From: Podarcis tiliguerta
Lineage: Eukaryota
DNA: 64,000 nt
Reading direction: 5' to 3' (one strand)
Assembly: GCA_965153285.1 (NCBI GenBank)
Contig: OZ229117.1
Shown here: positions 14,099 to 25,065 of the stretch, in pieces
How the letters are laid out: every line of letters begins with the position of its first letter
Position numbering within the stretch: the first letter of the stretch is position 1
Made by a program: the position numbers and the translations under genes
The notes under the pieces: generated by a model
The model's database searches: none
What the model was told of the DNA's origin: nothing
The model's input: only the letters and a program-made list of their open reading frames with translations

Positions 14099-14739
14099 TT
14101 TGTTGTTTAGTCGTGTCCAACTCTTCATGACCCCATGGACCAGGGAACACCAGGCACTCCTGTCTTCCACTGCCTCCCACAGTTTGGTCAAACTCATGTT
14201 GGTAGCTTTGAGAACACTGTCCAACCATCTCGTCCTCTGTCGTCCCCTTCTCCTTGTGCCCTCAATCTTTCCCAACATCAGGGACTTTTCCAGGGAGTCT
14301 TCTCTTCTCATGAGGTGGCCAAAGTATTGGAGCCTCCGCTTCAGAATCTGTCCTTCCAATGAGCACTCAGGGCTGATTTCCTTAAGAATGGAGAGGTTTG
14401 ATCTTCTTGCAGTCCATGGGACTCTCAAGAGTATCCTCCAGCACCATAATTCAAAAGCATCAATTCTTCGGCGATCAGCCTTCTTGATGGTCCAGCTCTC
14501 ACTTCCATACATCATTACTGGGAAAACCATAACTTTAACTATACAGACCTTTGTCGGCAAGGTGATGTCTCTGCTTTTTAAGATGCTGTCTAGGTTTGTC
14601 ATTGCTTTTCTCCCAAGAAGCAGGCGTCTTTTAATTTTGTGACTGCTGTCACCATCTGCAGTGATTATGGAGCCCAAGAAAGTAAAATCTCTCACTCCAT
14701 TTCTTCCCCTTCTATTTGCCAGGAGGTGATGGCAAATAG
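14099..14739 (-). mobile_element. BovB (RTE-clade LINE) 3' fragment
   Basis: ORF 14078..14695 is the RTE/BovB C-terminus (FLGS...KRRLLLGRKAMTNLDSILKSRDITLPTKV...YGSESWTIKKA...YFGHLMRREDSLEK); (CAA)n tail; 5'-truncated. Confidence 0.93.
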
Positions 14740-14768
14740 CTTTATATAGCTATTTATATTATTATATA

Positions 14769-15135
14769 AAGGTAAAGGTAAAGGGACCCCAGACCATTAG
14801 GCCCAATTGTGACAGACTCTGGGGTTGCGGCGCTCATCTCACTTTATTGGCCGAGGGAGCCGGCGTTTGTCCACAGACAGCTTCCGGGTCATGTGGCCAG
14901 CACGAGTAAGCCACTTCTGGCGAACCAGAGCAGCACACGGAAACGCCGTTTACCTTCCCGCTGGAGCAGTACCTATTTATTTACTTGCACTTTGACGTGC
15001 TTTTGAACTGCTAGGTTGGCAGGAGCAGGGACCGAACAACGGGAGATCACCCCGTCGCGGGGATTCGAACTGCCAACCTTCTGATCGGCAAGTCCTAGGC
15101 TCTGTGGTTTAACCCACAGCGCCACCCACGTCCCT
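14769..15135 (-). mobile_element. Sauria SINE, full length
   Basis: 16-bp TSD tttatattattatata 14753-14768 / 15136-15151. Confidence 0.92.
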
Positions 15136-16521
15136 TTTATATTATTATATAGCTTTCAGCAAATGCTGAAGATGCACTTCTTTACCCCTGACCTTTGACA
15201 CCTGAAATGTCTGCTTCCAAGAGTTGGACCCACCCTATTCTTGAGAATGTAGCATGTTTTATGTGCTTTTAATTCTGAATTTTAAATTGTTGCAACCAGG
15301 ACTCACTGGTGAAGGGCAGGTAACAAATTTAATGATACTACTACCCCTACCATTACCACCAATAATAATTTAAGCTGTGGCTATGGGGGTTGTCATGCAG
15401 AGTTCCCACTCCTTGGAAATGACCACTACACCCCTGAATCCACTAAATGTGGTTTTACACAAATCCCTTCTCCATCTGGCCACAGAAGGACTTGAAGCCT
15501 GGTGACCTTTGGAGATGACAGGAGCACCTCTTTTGATCAATCCCTTATCACACATCCTTGCAAATAAATCATGGGTGCTCCTAGCCCTCAGCTTATTTAC
15601 TTATTTACTTGAAGCCGGTTGTTAGCCTTTGCAGACCTACTCTTGTATGTTTATGCCTCAACAGCTCCAAAAAGGGAGGGGGGGGACAACAAATTCTCAT
15701 CCAGCTAACAAAAGATCTGCTTGCTGGTTGCCCAAAGACAAGCATACAAGTGGATATTTGCACCCGACTGTAGCTTCAGTCTCTGTTCAGCAAAACACAA
15801 ACGTGAAACATTTCAAATAAGTAAATAAAGTCAGCAACCCTGAAGAAAGTCAGTGGAATGCAACAGTCATTTCTTCCAGCACCTAAGAATTAAGGAAGAG
15901 GAAATTCTGCAGCCTTTGCAAGATTTGCCTGGGCAAGAACAAGGCACACAAGGATGCGGGTAGTCAGAAATGGGAGCAACATGTTCCAAACATTTTCTAA
16001 GCACATAAGCTTGCATTTGCTTACTCTCACCTTCTGCTATCCTCCTCTCTTCTCCCTCCCCCACCCCCAGCTGCATCAAAGCCTAGACTGTAAGCACCAT
16101 GGGGCAGGGAACAAACACAGCTGATGATACTACGACCCCAAACTGATTCATTTGACTTAATGTGAAATTAAGAAACATGCTTGCAGCCACACGCTCTCAA
16201 TGAGAATTACCATGACTAGACATGGCTGGGATTGCGCGACAGAAGCCGCCCTCAGGAGGCACCCCCTTATTATTTTAATTGAAGAGGATTTGAGCGAATT
16301 GCAAATGAGTCTAGCAAGACCCTATGCTGGATTTACACCTCCACGCACAAAAGCAAATTTAAAAAATGAGCACACTTTAGAGCACCAGCTTTGTATGCAG
16401 AAGGTTCAGGGTTCAAGTCCTGGGATCTCCAGCTGTGGTTGGTAGAAATTCCTTGCCTGGAAAACCCTGGGGGGTCAATACTGAATTTGATGGACCAAAG
16501 ACAGAAGGCACCAAGGCCTAC

Positions 16522-16672
16522 CGGTGTGGTGTAGTGGTTAATGTGTTGGAATACTAAGCCCTGGGAGACCAGGGTTCAAATCCCCACTCAGCCATGAAGC
16601 TCCCTGAGTGACTTTGGGCCAGTCACTGCCTCTCAGTCTAACATACCTCACAGGACTGTTGTGGGAATTAAA
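16522..16672 (+). mobile_element. Older tRNA/CORE SINE
   Basis: GTGTGGTGTAGTGGTTA head, GGTTCAAATCCC B-box, CORE-like GTGACTTTGGGCCAGTCAC; similar copies near 9540-9680, 25140-25365, 41420-41560, 42305-42480, 43150-43420, 52900-53045. Confidence 0.7.
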
Positions 16673-16899
16673 CGTTAAGAAATAAGCAGAAGGCGCCAGG
16701 TTCAGTCCCCAGGTAGGGCTCGGAGAGACTTCCTGCTTGAACCCCTGAAGAGACGCTGCCAGCCTGTGTAGGCAACACAGGCTCCGTATAGGAACATGCC
16801 CTAATAACTTCCTAAAGCTATTTGGAGAGCCTCTTGCCTGCTTCCTCTTGAATGCCACCGTCTCAAGAAGAGCCCCCCCCCCCCGCAGTCCTGTCCCGC

Positions 16900-18700
16900 A
16901 AAGGCACTCACCGAAGTACTCCTTTTTCATGTGCATCTCCAGCTCCTTCTCCAGCTCCAACGTGAGCGCCTCCAGCCTCCGCTCCACCTGGCTGGGCCCG
17001 CTCTCCCTCGACGGCGTCACCTGGTAGGGGAGCCGGAACTTAGAGACGGCCGCCGCGCCTTTGGCGGCCGGCGAGCCGTAGGACAGCGAGGAGACGGCGG
17101 CGTCGGGGCCCCCGAGGGCAACCGGCGGCGCCTGGGCGTGCAGCCTCGGGTAGGCATCCGCCGCCGCCTGCTCAGCCAGCAACAGAAGGCCCTCCTCGGG
17201 CAGGAGCGAGGCCCGCGGCGACGGCAGCTGGAACTCCGGGTAGGCGCCCATCGAGCCCCGGGAGCTGCGCGAGCTGTGGCTGGAGATGCTGGAGCGCGGG
17301 CTGGCCAGAGCCGCCGCGATGGCCCCCGACGCCATGGCCGCCGCTGTAGCCGGCCCGGTTCCGTGGCGCCCAGCCGCTGAGGCTGCCACCTCCAGCTCGA
17401 CGGCGCCGGTCAAGGAGGAGCGCGGGCTGATGTGCCGCTGGTCGTAGCCCATGCTGATGCCGCTGGTGCGGTTGCTGCTCGGCTTGCTCCCGCTGCCACC
17501 CCCGCCGCCGTCGGAAGAGCTGGTCAGGCTGGCGCGCGGGCTGGAGTGCTTGCTCGTGTCGCTGGCCGTGCTGGCGTAGCTGGAGCGCGGGCTCAGCGCC
17601 GAAGACGCCTCGACGGCCCCGGCTACCAAGCTGCCCCGCGGGCTAGCCAAGGGGCCGCCGCCACCGTAGCACGTCGAGGCCCGCGGGCTGGCTCCCCCGC
17701 CGCCGCCTCCTTTGCAGCGCGGGTAGCCTTCGGCCGAGTAGCGCTTGTAGCAAGGCAGCGCCACCTCGGAGCGCGGACACGAGCCGTCCTCGGCGCCGCC
17801 GTTGAGGGAGCGCAGCGGGAGGCACGACGACTGAGGAGCCTCTGCCGACGGGTACGGCGGCGGCGGGCCCAGCGTGGTGCAGCCGCCGCCGCCGCCGTTC
17901 AGCTGCTTCTTGGCCCGCCCGTCCAGCTCCGACGGCGGCTGGTGGTCTCTCCTGCGGCGGCCGAGCCCCTCGTCGTAGAGCGCCAGCTCCGCCATCAACT
18001 TGCTGGCTTTCCCCAAGCCCTCCTCGTACCTCTCCATGCCGGCGGGAGGAGGAGGAGAGGCGGCGCCGCCGCCGCCCTCGCGCGCTCCAGACGGCAAAGT
18101 TTAGCAGAAGCCGCCGCGGCCCGACGCCCGGTGCCGCCTCGCAAGCGCTGCCTCCGGCTACAAGAGAGTCACCTCCCGGGCATCCCGCCCCGAGGCTCAC
18201 CACGAACCGAGGCTCGCCAGGCAGGCAGAGCGGCCGGCGGGCCGGCGGGTGGGGGGCGGGAGGGAGAGGCGGCGTTGTCGGGGAAGCGTCCCCGCCCGCC
18301 TGCGCGAAGTTTGCTGGGGCCAGTCAATGGCGCGCTCGGCGGAGGAATTTGCACTTCGAGGCTGCCCGGCTGGCTGACTGGCCGGCCTCCTCCTCCTCCT
18401 CCTCAGCTCGGCTCTCCCCCGCCCGGCTGGGCTCCAAGATCCGGGGCGGGAGGGCCCGAGGCAGCGCCGGGCTGCTCCTTTGTGCGGCGAGGGAGGGAGG
18501 GACTTCTTTGTGTGGGGCAGGAATGCGAGGAGGAGGAGAAGGAAGGAGACGGGGCGCTGCGTCCCTCTGGAATGTAGTTAATGCCGAAGCCAAACAATGA
18601 CTTTAACCAAGTCAGCCCCCGAGGGGGGGGGACGCCGGGCGGGAGGAGCCGCCGCTGGAGGAGCTGCCCCCCCCCCCGCATTCCCTTCATGTGACTGCGC
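16900..18700. promoter_or_regulatory. WTIP CpG island / promoter
   Basis: Very GC- and CpG-rich over exon 1 and upstream; GC boxes. Confidence 0.85.
16912..18037 (-). CDS. WTIP: WTIP (Ajuba-family LIM protein) coding exon 1, pre-LIM region; LIM exons not found in the window
   Basis: ATG at 18037 in strong Kozak context (gccggcATGG). Translation ends ...[28 protein letters not shown], the Ajuba/LIMD1/WTIP pre-LIM coil. Donor G|GTGAGT at 16912/16911, phase 1. Lies downstream of UBA2 as in human. Confidence 0.92.
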
Positions 18701-19717
18701 TCCTCTAGCAGGGAGGGAGGACGCTTAAAAGCAGGGGGGATTCTTTGTGCTGCACGCTCACACCTTGGGAAAGGCCCTACTACTCACTCTTCCATGCTCC
18801 CGGATGCTGCCTCGCCAGAGCCCATTGAATGCCGCCCCCCCCCCCACGGCATGGGACAAGGCCTTTCCCACCCACCCCTGACTGTGCGCCGTGTGCCAAG
18901 AGGACCCATGGAAAAGCCAGAGAGGGAATGGTGAGGGGGCTTCCAAGCCCACTGGCCCGCTTCTGCCAGCCATTCCCTCCATCACTTGTGCTGACCTGCA
19001 AGGCCACGCCTGGCCTAGCAAAGCCCCCTTCCCCATGCAGGTCTCCAGAAGGTGTGTCTCATGGTTTCCTTTTTTACTGCTTTGAGCATCTGCCAGGAAT
19101 CCCTCTCTCCACAGTCCTAGATGGCAGCAAGTTATCCCCGCACAAGTTAGGGCCCATGGGGAGGCTCCGTTTGTGAGAACTGCAACCTTCCCAGTTCACA
19201 CAGGCACACGTACATCCTTTTCTTTATCTATGCTGAGTTGTATGTCCTTGATCAGTAGCAGCTGAATGCGTGAACTAGGTCCGCAGAAAAGCATTGAGTG
19301 TACACAGTGCTGATTTTCTAGAAAAAGGTGCCGGAACTTAACCATGAGCGCCTCCCTTGTTGTCTTATCATGGCAATGGTGCCCACCTGAGAGGGGCCGG
19401 AACTGAGTTCTGGCTGGGAAAAAAGCCTTGAGTATGGGAGGCAGAATGTAACTTCCATTTCTGGTGCTCAATCTGGTAGGACACATTCCTCCACAAGACT
19501 GTGCTGCGTCCTGCAGGCACATGAACCACCCTACACGCGGAGCTAGCAGTTCTTGTGAGCAGCACCTCATGAGAACAAAACAAAACAAAGGTCTGCTAGG
19601 TCAGGCCAATATTCTGTTCTCACAGGGGCCAACTGGATGCCCCAGTAGGAAACCAGCAAGCAGGGTTCAAGCACAAGAGCCCTCTCCCATCCCGTGGCCT
19701 CCAGCAACTGGCATTCA

Positions 19718-19974
19718 GAAGAAGAGGAGGAGTTTGGATTTGATATCCCGCTTTATCACTACCCTACCCTAAGGAATCTCAAAGCGGCTAACATTCTCCT
19801 TTCCCTTCCTCCTTCACAACAAGCGCTCTGTGAGGTGAGTGAGGCTGAGAGACTTCAAAGAAGTGTGACTAGCCCAAGGTCACCCAGCAGCTGCATGTGG
19901 AGGAGCGGAGACGCGAACCCGGTTCCCCGGATTACGAGTCTACCCCTCTTAACCACTACACCACACTGGCTCTC
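19718..19974 (-). mobile_element. Squam3-like tRNA/CORE SINE, young copy
   Basis: tRNA head (GAGAGCCAGTGTGGTGTAGTGGTTAAG), CORE-like middle, (TTC)n tail; interrupts a CR1 3' fragment. Confidence 0.8.
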
Positions 19975-22900
19975 TGCTAACTCTGATGGAGCACAGCTAT
20001 TGCAGCTAGTAATCAATAGTTCTCTCCTTCATGAATTTGTCTGATCCTCTTTTAAAACCATGCAGGTTGGTGGCCATCACTGTCTCCTGTGGGAGCAAGT
20101 TCCATTGTTTAACTATGTGCTACACGAAGAAGCAGCTGTTGCGAGTTGCAGGTGTAAGAGGAGCCCAGCAGGTGGATGGGTCTGCCTGGTCCAGCATCTT
20201 GGTCTCACAGTGGCCAACCAGATGTTCGCAAAGGGAAACCCACAGCCCTGTCACACTCCCACGCCAGCCCCTCGGAGCCCCAGGATTGTGTGAACTGAGC
20301 CAGAGGGGCTGCAACCCATAGGGCTGCCTCTTCTAGAACCCGGCCACGCTCACAAGCCCCTGGACCCAATCCAGGTCCCTGTTGCAGCATGTTCCTGCTG
20401 GGCTGATCCGTGTCTTAGTCATGCGTACAATACTTCAGTGGGTCTACTCTAAGCATGACTAGGCAGGGCCCATCCCTCCGAATTTAAAAGGTTTCATTCC
20501 CAGATAAATGTGGGCCTGGTTTCTTTCTACTGAGCCTTTTTGTTTTTTCACTAGGCCTAAGAAAAAGAGGTGCCAGAACTCACCACAAACACTTCCATTG
20601 TTCTCTTAGAATGGCAATGGCACCCACCTGAAAGGAGAACCTATTTGCAGCCCCTTCTACCCAGATAGATGTCCTTTTGCCAGTTGAGTCCAATGTTCTC
20701 CCATCATATGCATATTTACTTGGCAATAAGCACTTGCCTGAAACCTCTTGAATTGATGGGCAGAATGTGGAGGGTAGCGCTTGGGGGATCTGGTTAAAGA
20801 GAGTACTTGCGACCTCTTGTTGAAGAAAAATAACAAAACTGTTTATTATAGGAAGTACATAACTTAGATAGGAAAGTTTCTGGTTCCAAGCCAGCTAACA
20901 AAGCTGAACAAAGGCAGCCAACCATGCTGGCCTGTTTGTTTTCAGGAGGATAGATTCAGGTTCAAGGTCAGATAAGTGAGAGAGGGGGGACATTGGAGAG
21001 GACGCAACTTTAGAATGTCAGTCTTAAGATCAAAGATCTAAGGTCAAATATACAGAGACAGTTTAGGAATCTGGAGGTCTACCACTCTGTTTCAGCCCCA
21101 TGCGAACCCCTTTTTTGCTGAGTTACAAAAGACTTCCAGCATAAATCCCCAAATGTTGCTGAAATTGATACAGATATTATATCGTTTTTAGGTTGGAATC
21201 CTAAGAACTGAGCTCGGTGGGGCTTTGTTCTGAATGGATGTACCTAAGATAGTGCTGTTACAGTACAAGCCTATACATGTCTATTCAGAAGTGAGTCCTG
21301 TGGAGCTAATTGAGACTTATTCCCAGCCTACTTGGCTATAAGATTGCAGCCTAAGGATTGCAGCCGCTTTGTTATTTTGAGAGCTTTAAAAGAATGTTAT
21401 TGTTTTATAATTTCATGGTTTAAGTCCTCTCAGAGTATTAGTTTCAGGCAGTGAAAGGCATTTAATTATATTACTTTTTAAATTTGTATGTTATTGCTGT
21501 TAGTTCCCTTGAGTTCCGTTTGCTGGAAAGACAAGAATATAACAAAAAAAAATGTGCTATATATTAGTAATTCATTTGCCTCCTCTTAATGCAAATAATA
21601 AACTATGTTTGCAAGTTCCAATTCTCTTGGAAATAATACATTATTTTGAAGCAATAAATGCCAAAAGGTAAGCACAGATTGTTGAAAAGTCTGGTCCCAA
21701 GTCCAGACTGAAGCACCTGGATTCCTCTTCTGAACCTAAACTGCAGGGGGGTTTCTTATGGAATTGCTGATGCAGTGACTGCACCCTCCCCCCCCCCCAC
21801 CTGCGCTCAGAGCAAGATATTGCACAAATGGTGCCATTTGGTTGCTGGCTGCTCAGCTGCCTGCACTCGGTGTAGCCAGACCAGCCCCTGTACCAGGCCA
21901 ATAACATTTTATCCTGTTATCATTCTTAATTAAACATTGAATGTGAGTTTGCTCTTGAAGAGCTCAGCTTAAAACCTCCCAGAGGTCACATACAAATGTC
22001 AAGGACTCAGTGGAGAAAGATGTTGGATGAAGAGTCCTGCTCTTTTACCCTCATACCCTCAGGAAGTGTGAGACTACAGAGCCCAAAATATTATAGCGCC
22101 CAGTGGATCTTTCCCATCCTGCCATGTATAAGAACACATTTTCTTTCCTGCAGGACTCATAGGCAAGGGTTGTTGTTAATGCAATGGAAGCCTTGGTCTC
22201 TTGCTGAAACTATAGAAGACTAGTGGAGTTCTGAAAATTATGCTTGCTGCAGTAAATACAGATTTTTTTTTAAATAATTTTAAAAGTCTGGACAAAGTGG
22301 GTCATTTTAAGAAGCAGGTTCCAGAAACAACAAAGTTCAGAAAGGCCAGTCCCATGTGGAAAGAAGGTGGTGTTGAACGGTTTAGTCTGCAGCCTTCACC
22401 AACCTGGTGCCCTCCAAGATGTGCTGGACCACAACACCCACCTACCCCCAGCCAGTGCTGGGGACAGCCTTGAAGGGATTGTGGCCCTTGAGCTAAAGAA
22501 GATTGCCCAGTGCTGCTCTGGAGGTACAGCTGGCTCCCTTGTTTAATTTTTGGGCCTGGCATGAAGACATTCCTTCTTGCAAGATATACTCAACAGCATT
22601 TTTATTCCTTCAGGCTACTTTAAACCACACCAGCTGTAGCAGCCTTGTTTTTCAGCTCCTGGCACTTGATGCTAATATAGAATTATATTGATCTATTTTT
22701 GCTTTGGAATACTTTGGAACTCAGATATCAGCAGCGGAACTTCAATATTTAGTAAAAGAAATGTGACTTCACACGTTCAGGCAGATCCAATAAAGCCCTC
22801 TTCTGGAAGACAAGGGTATAGTTCATCTTCTAAAAGACATTTAATTTGCTTGATCCTATACAGCTAAAATTCTGCCTGCCTTCTTAACTGCCTTGGAGCA

Positions 22901-23752
22901 TGTGCCACCAGAAGAGAGAGAGGGAAGGGGCTATGTTTATGGGACTGGCAGAGCCCGCTCCTCAAAGGTCACTACTGCACAGCAGAAACTTTCTGCTTTC
23001 GGAAGCCATTGAGACTTTTGTGACACCAATTCCACTCTCATGGCTTCTCTTTTACATCTCTAGCAACTGGCAACTTGGCTCATTCTGAACTCACCAACCC
23101 ACTCAACCATAGTTCACTGTTATTTCCACGCAATGACTGAAGATGACATTTTATATAGGTGTTGCTTCATCACCTATTAGTTCTCAAACCACACCAGAAG
23201 GAGGCATTCAGAAAGCCTTGGGTTTCTCTGTGATGACTAAAGCTCAGAAAAGATAGGCAAGGATATTGGGATGGACCGATTTAAACTAACAGGCAGAGGC
23301 AATCAGGAATACCTTCCACATAAGCCCAGCAGTGAAATGGATGACAGTTGTGCAGGCCACGTGACCCACCAAACACAACCCACCCTTCATGTGTCCTTGT
23401 TTTGCACTGCCTAGGTAATACAACAAAACCGAAGTTTAATCTTTCTGTAGATGAGCTGCATTCAAACTTGGTGGTTACAAAGTTTGTTGGCCTGATATAA
23501 TACAATCACCATTCTCCCCATTCACTAACACCACAAGCCAAAAAACCCCTTTGTCTAAGCCTCTTTTTAAGCCATCCAAGTTGGTCCTGTGGGAGTGAGT
23601 TCCATAGTTCAACTATGTACTGTGTGAAGAGGTACTTAAAAAACCAAAAACTGTCCTGAATGTGGAATGCATCTTGGGAATGAGTTACTTATGCACTCAG
23701 CTTTCATCTGGCACTCACAATCTAAGGCAACACAGCCTAGATTCACTGTTCG

Positions 23753-23757
<5 letters not shown>

Positions 23758-23819
<62 letters not shown>
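23758..23819. repeat. Compound microsatellite (CT)n(GT)n
   Basis: Seen directly. Confidence 0.95.
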
Positions 23820-23821
<2 letters not shown>

Positions 23822-24743
23822 CTGGCCTATTATACAAAGGTAGCATTTCTATTCTTTGCTCCACACTCTTTTGTCTCTTGTCTTGCCCACCACTTGCATG
23901 TGACCTGCTGGAAAGTTGCTCAAAAGAAACTGTAGCCCTTTTGGGACTGAATGGGTCCTAAGCCTTCCCTGCCCCAAAGCTTCAAACCAAGATCCCAGGA
24001 AACTGATGAGAGTCTTCTCGAGTCCCTTATCCTCTTGGACAATCTCCACAGAGCAGATGCAAAACTGACATAGGTCTAAAAAATATACAAGCCATTTTGT
24101 TTTGCTGACCCCGCAGCGATAACTGGCATACCATTTTTCACTTCCCACCAGCCATCAATGCAATTTAAATTCTTACCATTCCTTCAATATTTGAATACTG
24201 ATAGAGCTAAGCGCCAACCACACAAAGAGGCAAAAGATACAGCTATGATTGATGCTTCATAAATACCTCTGATTAGATAAGAGAAAGACAAAAAGCATCC
24301 CTTGGGATTTAGGGCGCTCTTAGTGCTGTTTACGTAGGAAAACAAATACAGAAAAGCAGCTTCACATTCCAGCATCCCAAAATAAAGAAAATCACTCCAG
24401 ACAGTTGTTTTTAAGCATCTGACAGATCTTCGATCGGATCAAGTTTTAAAATAATTGATTCTGACAAGAATAGTAGGTGCTGCTGTCCAGCTGACGTCTT
24501 CTGGTTCACTACAAAAGCTCTGCTTTTGCTTAGATGAAGTGCAGATAATTGATCACTCCACCCAAATAAACTAGTCTCTTGTCCATCATTGAGTGTGAAT
24601 CTGTTGCTGCACCAAGTGGCTGACAGTTACTAAAGTCCAGAGAACTCCATGGGAGACACTTAGGCAACCTGTCTGACCTTGTGTTTTAGGAAGACAGAGT
24701 GGAGTCGGCTTTTTATACATCAAAATAATAATAATATCTATGC

Positions 24744-25065
24744 CAGGGGTCAGCAAACCTTTTCAACAGGGGGCTGGTCCACTGTCCCTCAGACCATGTG
24801 GGGAGCCGGACTATATTTTGGAAAGAAAACAACAACGAATTCCTATGCCCCACAAATAACCCAGAGATGCATTTTAAATAAAAGCACACACTGTACTCAT
24901 GTAAAAACACCAGGCAGGCCCCACAAATAACCCAGAGATGCATTTTAAATAAAAGGACACATTCTACTCATGTAAAAACACACTGATTCCCAGACTGACC
25001 TTGGGCCGGATTTAGAAGGCAATTGGGCCGGATCCGGCCCTCGGGCCTTAGTTTGCCTACCCGTG
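24744..25065. mobile_element. hAT non-autonomous element
   Basis: TIRs CAGGGGTCAGCAAAC / GTTTGCCTACCCGTG; 8-bp TSD atctatgc; internal 71-bp-period tandem duplication. Confidence 0.88.

Noticed and set aside
14055-14642. 195-aa plus-strand ORF
   Set aside because: Antisense frame of the BovB fragment.
16538-16911. Extension of the 519-aa ORF past KKEYFG
   Set aside because: Runs through a consensus donor into intron and SINE sequence. The TTG start at 18097 is also weaker than the Kozak ATG at 18037.
17432-18577. 381-aa plus-strand ORF and other overlapping ORFs in the WTIP island
   Set aside because: Antisense shadow of a GC-rich exon/CpG island; low-complexity Ala/Arg/Gly/Pro, no domain, non-ATG start.
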